Source: Acetatifactor sp. (lineage in GTDB: Bacteria > Bacillota > Clostridia > Lachnospirales > Lachnospiraceae). From it: a stretch of DNA of 64,000 nucleotides. Below, in pieces: positions 1 to 9,211 of the stretch. A program made the translations under genes and the position numbers. The stretch's first letter is position 1. Every line of letters begins with the position of its first letter. Under the pieces are notes generated by a model. That model did no database searches. It had not been told where the DNA came from and saw only the letters and a list, made by a program, of their open reading frames with translations. The stretch is taken from NCBI GenBank assembly GCA_045579545.1, contig JAZNMF010000013.1, forward strand, positions 6,721 to 70,720, given 5' to 3'.

Positions 1-190
1 CGCAACAGCGGATCGCGCAGATTTCGCCGGGATTTGCATCATTAATCAGAACCGGTTCGCTGAAAATCTCATAATCTCTGGGAAAGTGGTCAAGGAGTTC
101 ACTAACAGTATGAATGCCAAGTTTTGCAAAGAGTTTTTGTGACTTTTCACCGATACCTTTCAGTTCGATCACAGGGGTATGTTCGTTCAC
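1..190 (-). CDS. recG: ATP-dependent DNA helicase RecG, N-terminal part (runs off window start)
   Basis: Not in the ORF track. Manual translation from GTG at 190, with GAGGT RBS, gives MNEHTPVIELKGIGEKSQKLFAKLGIHTVSELLDHFPRDYE. This matches the RecG N-terminal 'LKGIG..K...F.KLGI.TV.DLL..FPR.YE' pattern. DAK2-recG is a conserved Firmicute order. Confidence 0.88.
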   Translation of the reverse strand, partial: MNEHTPVIELKGIGEKSQKLFAKLGIHTVSELLDHFPRDYEIFSEPVLINDANPGEICAIRCC

Positions 191-259
191 AACAGCACCT
201 CAATATCCTATTGTATAAAAACAGGACCGGCGCAAGTGCGTCAGTCCTGCAACAATATC

Positions 260-1972
260 TTATTCTACGCTTATCACATAATAATAGATAGGCTGACCGC
301 CAAATTGAAGTTCAACATCACAGGAAGGGTAAGCAGCTTCCACGTCATCGCGAAGTTTTTCTGCCTCTTCTTCCGTAACATCAGAGCCATAATAAATGCT
401 GATCAGTTCCGTGTCTTCATCAACCATGGAGGAAACCATTTCTTCTGTGACATAAAGCATATCACTACCTACGGAGAGAATTCCCTTATCACCGATACCC
501 ATATAATCTCCCTGCTTGATCTCCTTGTCGTCGATCATAGTGTCGCGAACTGCATAGGTGACCTGACCGGTCTTCACATTGCCGATTTCCTGAAGCATGG
601 TTTCTTCATTTTCATCTACAGTGAGTTCGGGGACGTAATTAATCACGGCAGTGATTCCCTGCGGGATGGTTTTGGAAGGGATGACCAAAATATTTTTGTC
701 AGTCATCAATTCTGCCGCCTGGTTGGCTGCAAGAATAATATTCTTATTGTTGGGAAGTACAAAAATGGTTTCTGCATTTACTTTATCAACAGCATCCAGA
801 ATGTCGGCGGTGCTGGGATTCATAGTCTGTCCGCCCTCGATTATATAGTCAACTCCAAGGCTTCTGAAGATTTCATTGACACCTTCTCCGATAGAAACGG
901 CAATAAATCCTACCGGCTTGGGAGGCTCCGCATCAGCGGTCTCTTCTGAAGTGTCAGATTCCGTCTCAAATGACTGTTCTTCCGCAGATTGCTTTTCCGA
1001 CATTTTGAAAAGCTTCTCCTGATGCTCCAGTCTCATGTTGTCAATCTTCATATTGGATAATGCACCATACTTCAATGCCTTCTGGATAGCCAGACCGGGA
1101 TCATTGGTATGTACATGTACCTTGACCACATCATCATCGGCAACACATACAATGGAGTCGCCAATGGATTCCAGGTATGCTTTGAAATCCATTTCCTGCT
1201 TGATGTTGAAAGTTCTGTTCAACAGAATAATAAATTCTGTACAATAACCAAATTTAATATCAGCTTCCGCCTGCGCATTGTAAGCCTGACTTCCGGAAGT
1301 TGATGCGGATTGAGAAGAACTCTGCGTATTCATGCTGAAATCAATCTCTTTACCGCAGAATGCATCAAATGCTCCGCTGAGTACTTCTACCAGACCCTGT
1401 CCGCCGGAGTCCACGACACCTGCCTGCTTTAATACCGGAAGCATCTCAGGAGTCTGGCTCAGCACATAGCGTGCATGGCTGATCACTTCGGAAAGGAAGC
1501 TTTCAAGATCGTCTGCGCCTCTGTCAGAAAGCTCTCTGGCCTTCTCTGCGCCGCCTTTGGCTACGGTAAGGATTGTACCCTCCTTGGGCTTCATAACGGC
1601 CTTATAAGCGGTTTCTACAGCCTTCTCGAAGGCGTCTGCAAGGATAGGGATCGTAATCTTCTGTTCTTCTTTAATTCCTCTGGTAAAGCCACGGAAAAGC
1701 TGGGATAAAATAACACCGGAGTTGCCTCGGGCACCTCTCAATGAGCCACTGGAAATGGCCTTACAAAGGGATTCCATCGTAATGTCATTGCCAAGTGCGC
1801 TGACTTCTCTTGCAGCAGCCATAATTGTCATGGTCATATTAGTTCCGGTGTCACCGTCAGGTACCGGGAAAACGTTCAATTCATTGATCCATTCTTTCTT
1901 GGATTCAAGATTTTTTGCTCCCGCCAAGAACATCTTTGCAAGCATCTTAGCGTCGATTGTATTTAAAGCCAC
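260..1972 (-). CDS. fakA: DAK2 domain fatty acid kinase subunit A (FakA/YloV-like)
   Basis: 570 aa ORF with NVFPVPDGDTGTNM, GARGNSGVILSQ and GVVDSGGQG motifs and a C-terminal GGQTMNPS / GGQPIYYY region. Confidence 0.9.
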   Translation of the reverse strand: MALNTIDAKMLAKMFLAGAKNLESKKEWINELNVFPVPDGDTGTNMTMTIMAAAREVSALGNDITMESLCKAISSGSLRGARGNSGVILSQLFRGFTRGIKEEQKITIPILADAFEKAVETAYKAVMKPKEGTILTVAKGGAEKARELSDRGADDLESFLSEVISHARYVLSQTPEMLPVLKQAGVVDSGGQGLVEVLSGAFDAFCGKEIDFSMNTQSSSQSASTSGSQAYNAQAEADIKFGYCTEFIILLNRTFNIKQEMDFKAYLESIGDSIVCVADDDVVKVHVHTNDPGLAIQKALKYGALSNMKIDNMRLEHQEKLFKMSEKQSAEEQSFETESDTSEETADAEPPKPVGFIAVSIGEGVNEIFRSLGVDYIIEGGQTMNPSTADILDAVDKVNAETIFVLPNNKNIILAANQAAELMTDKNILVIPSKTIPQGITAVINYVPELTVDENEETMLQEIGNVKTGQVTYAVRDTMIDDKEIKQGDYMGIGDKGILSVGSDMLYVTEEMVSSMVDEDTELISIYYGSDVTEEEAEKLRDDVEAAYPSCDVELQFGGQPIYYYVISVE

Positions 1973-1984
1973 AGTAAATCCTCC

Positions 1985-2344
1985 TTAATCAATCACTCTA
2001 ACACCTTCAACAAAGATGTTGATCTTTTCGATTTCAATACCGGTAAACTCTTCTACCTTGTACTTAACATTGCTGATAAGATTGTCCGAAACGGCGAGAA
2101 TGCTCACACCATATGCGACAATAACATGAAAATCAAGTGTAAGTTTATTATGATCTAATGAAACATTGATACCTCTGGTTATGTTGTCTCTCTTCAAAAG
2201 ACGTACGATACCGTCCTTAACATTAATGCCGGCCATACCTACAATTCCAAAGCATTCAACAGCTACGCTTCCGGCATACTGGGCGATCACTTCGTTATCA
2301 ATGGTAATACTTCCCAGATGTGTATTCATAGAAGATCCTTTCAT
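1985..2344 (-). CDS. Asp23/Gls24 family envelope stress protein (YloU-like)
   Basis: LGSITIDNEVIAQYAG...ECFGIVGM...HVIVAYGVSI...VKYKVEEFTG pattern; directly upstream of DAK2 as in Bacillus yloU-yloV. True start may be the Met at 2329. Confidence 0.88.
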   Translation of the reverse strand: MKGSSMNTHLGSITIDNEVIAQYAGSVAVECFGIVGMAGINVKDGIVRLLKRDNITRGINVSLDHNKLTLDFHVIVAYGVSILAVSDNLISNVKYKVEEFTGIEIEKINIFVEGVRVID

Positions 2345-2455
2345 TATTGTACCTCCTGATTATGATTCTTCTGACATACTACAGTACATTATACATTGTT
2401 TCTCAAAAAAAATAAACCATAAAATTAAAAATTGCAAAAAAACCAATATTGGGTC

Positions 2456-2484
2456 TTGCTTTTCTTTGATTTTTCTGTTATCAT
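2456..2484 (+). promoter_or_regulatory. Candidate sigma-A promoter of rpmB
   Basis: TTGCTT-17 nt-TATCAT with TG extended -10 motif. Confidence 0.55.
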
Positions 2485-2559
2485 ATCAATGTTGCGAGAA
2501 TATCTCGCGTTATCCGATGAAGATTAAGCGTGAATCGCAGACGTTGAGGAGGTGTCAAG

Positions 2560-2745
2560 ATGGCTAAATGTGATATTTGTGGTAAGGGCGTTCATTTCGG
2601 TAATAACGTAAGCCATTCTCATAGAAGAACTAACGCAATTTGGAATTCCAATATCAAGAGCGTTAAGTGTAAGGTTAACGGCGCTGCTAAAAGAATGCAT
2701 GTTTGCACCAGCTGCTTAAAGTCCGGTAAAGTAGAAAGAGCTTAA
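2560..2745 (+). CDS. rpmB: 50S ribosomal protein L28 (zinc-ribbon C+ form)
   Basis: MAKCDICGKG..FGNNVSHSHRRT...WNSN...VCTSCLKSGKV; GAGGAGG RBS. Confidence 0.97.
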   Translation: MAKCDICGKGVHFGNNVSHSHRRTNAIWNSNIKSVKCKVNGAAKRMHVCTSCLKSGKVERA

Positions 2746-2767
2746 TTGCAGTAATTACGAAATATTT

Positions 2768-2804
2768 AAGACTGTCATACCATTACGGTTTGACAGTCTT
2801 TTTT
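2768..2804 (+). terminator. Rho-independent terminator of rpmB
   Basis: AAGACTGTCA / TGACAGTCTT stem followed by a T run. Confidence 0.75.
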
Positions 2805-2971
2805 CGCATTATAGGAAAACCTTTCACACTTTAGTGTGACAAGGTCTTTCCTATAATGCGAAAACGCTCCGCGGGATCGCACTGCGGCGAAGCGGTAGTT
2901 GTCTGCTTCGCAGACCCGCCGCAGGCGGGGAATTTCGCAAAGCGAAATTCTTTTATACATTATAGGAAAAC
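2801..2971. repeat. BIME/REPIN-like palindromic mosaic, copy 1
   Basis: Perfect 18-bp inverted repeat at 2801-2818 / 2847-2864, and a third degenerate unit at 2951-2969. 2850-2954 is nearly identical to 14206-14310. Internal hairpins are GTCTGC-ttc-GCAGAC, CCGCC-gca-GGCGG and GAATTTCGC-aaa-GCGAAATTC. Confidence 0.8.
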
Positions 2972-2980
2972 TAGACTAGA

Positions 2981-3127
2981 TTAATCCATAACAAAACAGC
3001 AATATCCCATCATGAGTAACAGTGCTATAATCAGAAGGATCGCCAATCTGCTGGTGACAAGAATGACAATCATCATGCCGATCGCAGTAAAAAAAGCAAG
3101 AAGTCCCGCCATCTTTCTGGGCTGCAT
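2981..3127 (-). CDS. Small 48-aa membrane protein (not in ORF track)
   Basis: Manual translation: MQPRKMAGLLAFFTAIGMMIVILVTSRLAILLIIALLLMMGYCCFVMD*. GGGAGAG RBS upstream; two hydrophobic stretches. Confidence 0.7.
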   Translation of the reverse strand: MQPRKMAGLLAFFTAIGMMIVILVTSRLAILLIIALLLMMGYCCFVMD

Positions 3128-3193
3128 ATGAATACTCTCCCACAGACAGATTATTCTCTGTTATATCATATGCAAAAAAGTATGTTATGTGTC

Positions 3194-3601
3194 CTATTCT
3201 TCTTCAGGAAAAGCGGCATTCACTGCTTCCTGATCGGTCATGGTGTCTGCTTCTTTTTTGGAAGTAAATTTATCAACAAGATCAGGAATCATATCAATCA
3301 CTTTTGAAACCATATCCTGATTCTTGATATTGACAAGTCGGGTGGTACCGTTTTTGATCACAAGAACAGCACTGGGTGTCATTTTGCCGCCAAGACCGCC
3401 TGCACCTGAAGCGGACCCCTTTTGAGAATTGTTGCCGGCTCCGGCTCCCACACCAAAACTGATGTCTACAAGCGGTAAAATAATAGTATCAGAGCCAATC
3501 TGGACCGGCTCTCCGATCACTGTTTTAGCCGAAAGTACAGTATCCATTCCCTTTAACAGGGAATCTACAACGCCCTGAATCTGATTATCTTTATCTGCCA
3601 T
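3194..3601 (-). CDS. gerW: GerW/YtfJ family sporulation protein
   Basis: KTVIGEPV....TIILPLVDISFGVGAGAG...GGLGGKMTPSAVLVI pattern. Confidence 0.85.
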   Translation of the reverse strand: MADKDNQIQGVVDSLLKGMDTVLSAKTVIGEPVQIGSDTIILPLVDISFGVGAGAGNNSQKGSASGAGGLGGKMTPSAVLVIKNGTTRLVNIKNQDMVSKVIDMIPDLVDKFTSKKEADTMTDQEAVNAAFPEEE

Positions 3602-4492
3602 TTATCTTTCCTCCATTTTTAACTTTTTCATAAATGTATGAAGTTTTTTATCCAAACCAACTTTTAAACCATTGACAAGCAAGATGACGATCATGATCCG
3701 CCCCTTAGCCATTAACTTTCCGTCAAGAATTTTCGTATCGAAATCCGGTGTTACGGTAAGATTTTGCCCTAAATAAGGGGAAAGAATACCATATACCCAC
3801 ATCAAATAACCGGTGGTGTCGGGAGAACCGGTTCCAAAAAGGATGTGACCTTCTATCTTCCTTGGTCGTAAGCTTCTTACAATCTTGCCGCTTCGCAAGA
3901 AAACATGAGAAAACAAGTTAGCGGTATCCTCTTCCTGTAAAAGCTCTTTATAATATCCGGCCTTAGAAGCAAGTTTTTTGATATTTTCAAGAAATGCACT
4001 TATCTTCTCTTTCAAACGAATAAAGATGTTCTTCATTTTATTGATTGGACCGGTACCTTTTTCTGAGGCAGAAATACAATCCTTCGTATCAAAGGAAGAA
4101 TGATCCGTGTTGACATGCTCTTTATTTATCTTCTCTGTTGTCTGTTCACCGGAATCATGATTCGGTTTTTTAGTGGTGTTCGTGATCTTATGACGCTTTT
4201 GGGCAATGTTATTTGTTTTACTTTTCTTTTTATGGGAAGAAAAAACTTTGATACCAAACACAGTTGCGGTTAGTGATCCGGGAGACGGATGTTGAAAATG
4301 AATCCTGACGATTCCGAATAACCAGGAAGCTTTGAGGCGGAACGTGTGCTCTATATCCATATTTTTTTCCCATGAGATCCGATAAGATACGGGATACAGC
4401 AAAACCAGCACAAATAAGACTAAAACCAGGGAAAACAGCGCCAGAAGAATCCAACCGGTGATAATTAATATTTTCAAGAGAATTTCTAACAT
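3602..4492 (-). CDS. DUF2953 (YtfI-like) membrane-anchored protein
   Basis: N-terminal TM helix, Lys-rich linker and C-terminal GTGSPDTTG...G.LS...PDF motif; stop abuts the gerW ATG, as in ytfI-ytfJ. Confidence 0.75.
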   Translation of the reverse strand: MLEILLKILIITGWILLALFSLVLVLFVLVLLYPVSYRISWEKNMDIEHTFRLKASWLFGIVRIHFQHPSPGSLTATVFGIKVFSSHKKKSKTNNIAQKRHKITNTTKKPNHDSGEQTTEKINKEHVNTDHSSFDTKDCISASEKGTGPINKMKNIFIRLKEKISAFLENIKKLASKAGYYKELLQEEDTANLFSHVFLRSGKIVRSLRPRKIEGHILFGTGSPDTTGYLMWVYGILSPYLGQNLTVTPDFDTKILDGKLMAKGRIMIVILLVNGLKVGLDKKLHTFMKKLKMEER

Positions 4493-4809
4493 AACAGATA
4501 CTCCCTCAGTGAACAGTCTCCCCGGGTGTCAAGGCATTCCTGAACAAGCTTCTGCAGCAACAGTACCGCTTCCTGATAGGTTCGAGTGATCCCGATAATA
4601 TGGAGTGGCCGATTCTTGTAATAAAACTGAGCCAACTGCCTGCTGTGGAAAAACTGAAGTAAGTCGTTATCATTGTCTGCAGGAGTGATCAGATATACAT
4701 TACTAAGAAGGGGTTTTTTAGAAAGTTGTTTTCTGATCTTTAACAGTTCTCGCTCTGAAATAGTATCGCTGAAGTACAGTTTATTATGATATTGAATCTT
4801 TAATGCCAT
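4486..4809 (-). CDS. Hypothetical protein
   Basis: 107 aa ORF with GGAGG RBS; overlaps the ytfI start by 7 nt. Confidence 0.7.
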   Translation of the reverse strand: MALKIQYHNKLYFSDTISERELLKIRKQLSKKPLLSNVYLITPADNDNDLLQFFHSRQLAQFYYKNRPLHIIGITRTYQEAVLLLQKLVQECLDTRGDCSLREYLLC

Positions 4810-4836
4810 CTGTACCTCCTCCGATAAATAAGGAAA

Positions 4837-4865
4837 AAGCTGCTGCTTAATATGTGCAGCAGCTT
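4837..4865 (-). terminator. Hairpin/terminator after NUDIX gene
   Basis: AAGCTGCTGC / GCAGCAGCTT stem; the A run on + gives a U tract on -. Confidence 0.6.
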
Positions 4866-4877
4866 CCTAATGAGAAA

Positions 4878-5330
4878 TCAATAATATTTCCGGCTGCCCC
4901 AGAGATTATTCTTCTTAAGCTCCAGGTATTCGTTATAAGCCTTCTCCAAAATTTGCTTCTCATTGGAAAACTTTAATAAATGGTAGGCTTCGTGATATTT
5001 GTAGAAACCGGAATCTACAAAGTATTCTTCTCTTTGTGGTTTGCTGTAATAACTGTCGGCCATCATCAGATACCAGTGAACCTCTTTGGCAACAGTATCA
5101 TCAGGAACAGAAAAAGAGTATTCGCTCTTCCCGATATATTTGATGATGGAAGCTTTGGCTCCTGACTCCTCAAGGACTTCCCGAAGTGCAGTCTCCTTGT
5201 ATTCTTCTCCCTGCTCAACGGTACCTTTGGGAAGTACCCATCCTTCGTACTTATTTTTGTAATTCTTGTACAAAAGAAGAATTTTCCCTCGAAAAATTAC
5301 CACACCACCACAGCTTGTTGCTTCTATCAT
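4878..5330 (-). CDS. NUDIX hydrolase
   Basis: Nudix box LPKGTVEQGEEYKETALREVLEESG. Start re-assigned to MIEATSC behind an AGGAGG RBS. Confidence 0.9.
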   Translation of the reverse strand: MIEATSCGGVVIFRGKILLLYKNYKNKYEGWVLPKGTVEQGEEYKETALREVLEESGAKASIIKYIGKSEYSFSVPDDTVAKEVHWYLMMADSYYSKPQREEYFVDSGFYKYHEAYHLLKFSNEKQILEKAYNEYLELKKNNLWGSRKYY

Positions 5331-5450
5331 TGCAATTCCTCCTGATTGGTGTGTCAAAATTGACTCATTACAAGTATAGTCTAAATTGCTCTGTAGTGCA
5401 ACTATTTTTCGATTTTTTTAATAAACAGTCGCATTGGGCAAAAATTTTTA

Positions 5451-7676
5451 CTACTCCACACCCCTCTTTTCATGACCTGTTGTGTAGTCACTAAACGGAA
5501 GTTGACTTCCGATACCCTTGGACAGAGCAAAATAATAGGAAAGGATCTGTGCTGTCTCTTTTTTATCTTCCACAGTAAAATCAAGTCTGCAGAATACAGA
5601 ATCTGACCATTTATGAAAACTGCCGTGCAGTGACAAGGGAACACTGTTATAAATAATATTCATGCAGTGAGTGCAATTTATTGCAACCGGAAATTTCTTT
5701 TGAAATCTGTCGGTCAACCAAACTACTGACTCCTCTTTTCTGCAGGCAAACGAGGTCCTCGCCACACAATTGGCAGTGATCATCATCGGAAGACGACCAT
5801 AAACAATCTTCTCCGCAATATTATTGTCTATACTATTCAGTAAAGATTTCTGTTCTCCTGCATTCAGTTCCCAGGGAAGACAAATGCAATCCAGCTTATC
5901 TCGCCAGTATTCCAGTGTTTTACGGTTCCAGATATAAAATCCGGCATCAGAAGAAATCTTTTCGGAATATCCTGATTCCTTAAGATAAGCGTACCCTTCC
6001 AGAGATCGGACCATACATCCATGTATGATCGAATCATTTTCAGATATCCATTGATACAGTTCACGCATAAATATTTTGTCGCGATGTCTGATGATATATG
6101 GCAGTGCAGCAAAAATTTCTGTGTATCTGCAAAGATCTTTCAGGAGCAGTATGGAATCAGCAGAGAAATTGCCAGTCAGCAGATCACTGTCCACATAAAT
6201 TCTTCTGACTTGAATTTTGTCTTCCAAAACAGCATCTGACAGTGCTGACAATTGGTCCAATGTTCTTACTGTAACGGTAAGAGCTGTATGGCATGTATTA
6301 CTTTTGGAAACGCATTGAGGTGAGTAGGGTTGACTATCCTCGATTTCCGCAGAATTGACATTTGCCACACGCCCGACACTTAGACCGAAGCTTTTAATGA
6401 ATTCCTCTTCAAGTTCTGTAACAGCTTGTCTGCGCAGCTCGTTGATTGATTTCAGTGGATAAAAAGAACCGGAATCGACTTCAATGTGGATTGATTCTGC
6501 ACAGAAAGAAGTATCGCCTAACTTGCTCAATTGTTTTCTAATATTCTCTGCAGTGATCGGCTGCTTCTGAGCCTCTTCTACCACATCACCTGTGACAGTA
6601 ACGGAATGATCACCGCACACCATAGTAACGCTTGCAGGCTGTAACATATTAAAAGATGCGAAAATTGCCACATTCATTACAGGCTTTTGGTCAATATAGG
6701 AGCGTCTGATCTGAGAAAGCAGAGTTTCATCGCTTCCGTTGTATGCAGGACTATCGATGGTAACCATGTCAGAACCGTTGTGTTTATGATAATAACCGTC
6801 ATGGCGCTCGCTTCTGAGATATAACCTGGAAAGCATCTCTAATTCCTCAGGATAAACGCGAAAATCATGTGGATCATCATAATAACGATCTATCACTTTG
6901 CGATAGACCGCAGTTACACCGGCTGCGTATTCCGCTTTTTTCATTCTGCCTTCTATTTTAAAAGAATCAATGCCGGCTTCAATCAATTCCGGTATATTTT
7001 CTATGGTACACATATCTTTAAGACTTAGCGGGTAACATTCTTTGCTCTGCTTACTTTCGTCGGAGACTGTATAAGGCAGACGACATGGCTGTGCGCAACG
7101 ACCTCTGTTGCCGCTTCTGCCACCAAGAATACTGCTGAACAGACATTGTCCGGAATAACAATAGCACATTGCACCGTGAATGAAGGTCTCGATGGATAAA
7201 CCGGTCTCTTTCTTTATCACAGAAATTTCAGATAGACTCAGTTCTCTTGCAGGAACAATGCGGCAGGCCCCAAGATCTTTCATATAAGCGGCCCCATATT
7301 TGCCAGTCAGCGTCATTTGAGTGCTGATATGGAGTTCAAGTCCGGGAAAATGCTCCTTTATAAACAGAAAGACACCAATATCCTGAATAATAACGCCGTC
7401 AAGTCCGGCTTCATAAAAAGGAAGTATATAATCATAGAGCTGATCAAATTCTTTCTCTTTTACCAGAGTATTGACGGTGAGATATACTCTCCTGCCCCAA
7501 ATATGCGCATAGCGGATGCAGGCGACTAATTCATCTGTTGTGAAATTTTCTGCATATGCCCTGGCGCCAAATTTGTTGCCACCAAGATAAACAGCGTCTG
7601 CTCCGGCATGTATCGCACCGTAAAATGCCTCAATATTGCCGGCAGGTGCCAACAGTTCTACTCTCTTATCTATCAT
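5451..7676 (-). CDS. Peptidase U32 family protein, long form with DUF3656-like region (RlhA-like RNA hydroxylation candidate)
   Basis: ELLAPAG, GADAVYLG, FIHGAMCYCYSGQCLFSS, NRGRCAQPCR and SFKIEGRMK motifs. Confidence 0.88.
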   Translation of the reverse strand: MIDKRVELLAPAGNIEAFYGAIHAGADAVYLGGNKFGARAYAENFTTDELVACIRYAHIWGRRVYLTVNTLVKEKEFDQLYDYILPFYEAGLDGVIIQDIGVFLFIKEHFPGLELHISTQMTLTGKYGAAYMKDLGACRIVPARELSLSEISVIKKETGLSIETFIHGAMCYCYSGQCLFSSILGGRSGNRGRCAQPCRLPYTVSDESKQSKECYPLSLKDMCTIENIPELIEAGIDSFKIEGRMKKAEYAAGVTAVYRKVIDRYYDDPHDFRVYPEELEMLSRLYLRSERHDGYYHKHNGSDMVTIDSPAYNGSDETLLSQIRRSYIDQKPVMNVAIFASFNMLQPASVTMVCGDHSVTVTGDVVEEAQKQPITAENIRKQLSKLGDTSFCAESIHIEVDSGSFYPLKSINELRRQAVTELEEEFIKSFGLSVGRVANVNSAEIEDSQPYSPQCVSKSNTCHTALTVTVRTLDQLSALSDAVLEDKIQVRRIYVDSDLLTGNFSADSILLLKDLCRYTEIFAALPYIIRHRDKIFMRELYQWISENDSIIHGCMVRSLEGYAYLKESGYSEKISSDAGFYIWNRKTLEYWRDKLDCICLPWELNAGEQKSLLNSIDNNIAEKIVYGRLPMMITANCVARTSFACRKEESVVWLTDRFQKKFPVAINCTHCMNIIYNSVPLSLHGSFHKWSDSVFCRLDFTVEDKKETAQILSYYFALSKGIGSQLPFSDYTTGHEKRGVE

Positions 7677-7738
7677 AGTTACCTCTATTACAAAGGCTGC
7701 CCGAAGAACGGACAGCCCGGTATCACATAATTGTGTAA

Positions 7739-8077
7739 TTAATACTTTCTGGAATCCTTCATTGCATTCTCAAGACGAATCTGACAGGAAATCAGTTCAT
7801 GCTTCAGATCATATAATTCCTTCTCTTTTGCCTGAAGTTCTTCCTCAAGAATAGAGATCTGCTTCTTGGCTTTGAAGTAATCGTCTGTAATGTTTAACTG
7901 TAAAAGCACGTTCTGGGTATCCAGAGACTGTCTGCGAAAAATGTCTAACTTGCCGTATTCATTCATCTTATTGTTGATATAAGAAGCTACTTTCTGTAAA
8001 TATTCTTCACTTTCATATCCGCAAAGGGTATATACCTTTCCGCCTATGATCACTTCGGTATCTGTTTTGGAAGACAT
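7739..8077 (-). CDS. zapA: Cell division protein ZapA
   Basis: EVIIGGKVYTLCGYESEEYLQKVASYINNKM pattern with a coiled-coil C terminus. Start at MSSKTD behind GGAGA. Confidence 0.82.
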   Translation of the reverse strand: MSSKTDTEVIIGGKVYTLCGYESEEYLQKVASYINNKMNEYGKLDIFRRQSLDTQNVLLQLNITDDYFKAKKQISILEEELQAKEKELYDLKHELISCQIRLENAMKDSRKY

Positions 8078-8185
8078 AATGCGTTCTCCTCTCTGATCGT
8101 ACAATAAATCCAACAAGTTAAAACTATGTTAATATTATAGCCCAGATAACAGCCTGTGGCAAGCATAAATTAAAGGAAATAAACA

Positions 8186-9184
8186 TCATGGAATCATTTC
8201 CAGCCCAAGATGGGAATAAGCGAGCTCCGTAGCCACTCTCCCCCGGGGAGTCCTATTGATCAGACCGTTCTTGATCAGATACGGTTCGTATACGTCCTCA
8301 ATAGTACCAGCATCTTCTCCGATAGCGGCGGAAAGTGTATCAAGTCCAACAGGGCCTCCGCCAAACTTTTGAATCATTGTGAGCAAAATATTTCGATCGA
8401 TCCTGTCAAGGCCAAGCTTGTCTACATCCATCAGATCCAGAGCAATCTTAGCAACCTTTTCTGTGATCACTCCGTCATATTTTACTTGTGCAAAATCGCG
8501 GACTCTCTTTAAAATACGGTTGGCAAGTCTCGGTGTACCCCGGCTTCTTTTGGCCATTTCGATGGCACCCTTTTCTTCCACCGCAACATTAAGTATGACT
8601 GCTGAATGGAGAATAATATGCTTTAATTCCTCAATAGAATAAAATTCCAGGTGGTGTATCATACCGAAACGGTCTCTCAAAGGGGCAGTCAGAAGGCCGG
8701 CTCTTGTTGTGGCTCCAACCAAAGTAAAGCGAGGAAGGTCTAATCTAACAGATCTTGCTGTAGGACCTTTTCCGATCATGACATCGATGCAGTAATCTTC
8801 CATTGCAGGATAGAGAACCTCCTCCACCTGTCGGTTGAGACGGTGGATTTCGTCGACGAACAAAAGATCGCCTTCCTCAAGATTGTTCAGAATAGCTGCC
8901 ATTTCGCCGGGTTTTTCGATAGCCGGGCCGCTGGTAACCTTAAGATTAACGCCCATTTCATTGGCAATAATGCCTGCAAGAGTAGTTTTGCCCAGTCCCG
9001 GGGGACCATAAAATAATACGTGATCAAGCGCATCATGTCTTAGCTTGGCTGCTTCAATATATATTTTCAAATTCTCTTTGATCTTTGATTGACCAATATA
9101 GTCATCAAGGACCTGCGGTCTCAGAGAACCTTCTATCTTCACATCTTCCTCTGTGATATTGGTCTCTATCATTCTTCTTGCCAT
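8186..9184 (-). CDS. ruvB: Holliday junction branch migration helicase RuvB
   Basis: [29 protein letters not shown] and RTPRGR motifs. Confidence 0.97.
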   Translation of the reverse strand: MARRMIETNITEEDVKIEGSLRPQVLDDYIGQSKIKENLKIYIEAAKLRHDALDHVLFYGPPGLGKTTLAGIIANEMGVNLKVTSGPAIEKPGEMAAILNNLEEGDLLFVDEIHRLNRQVEEVLYPAMEDYCIDVMIGKGPTARSVRLDLPRFTLVGATTRAGLLTAPLRDRFGMIHHLEFYSIEELKHIILHSAVILNVAVEEKGAIEMAKRSRGTPRLANRILKRVRDFAQVKYDGVITEKVAKIALDLMDVDKLGLDRIDRNILLTMIQKFGGGPVGLDTLSAAIGEDAGTIEDVYEPYLIKNGLINRTPRGRVATELAYSHLGLEMIP

Positions 9185-9211
9185 AATATACAATCCTTAC
9201 ATCAAATCAGA

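Noticed and set aside
179-949. Long opposite-strand ORFs (also 16676-17575, 29641-30300, 30769-31446, 41249-41686, 49430-49930 and others)
   Set aside because: They are antisense shadows of well-supported genes, with no RBS or recognisable motifs.
1-2745. recG-DAK2-asp23-rpmB, ruvAB-zapA and tgt-yajC neighbourhoods as novelty
   Set aside because: These are widely conserved Firmicute gene orders.
2775-2960. ORFs over palindromic elements (2775-2960, 14212-14553, 26050-26319, 58404-58622, 58451-58735)
   Set aside because: Open frames arise from GC-rich repeat sequence; no convincing start context or protein character.
2801-2971. Possible mini CRISPR array
   Set aside because: Units alternate in orientation, spacers are self-complementary and unequal in length, and no cas genes are present.
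7690-7745. Possible frameshift or truncation of zapA
   Set aside because: The ZapA core is complete and the stop is followed by a GGCTGTCCG / CGGGCAGCC hairpin, not by coding-like sequence.
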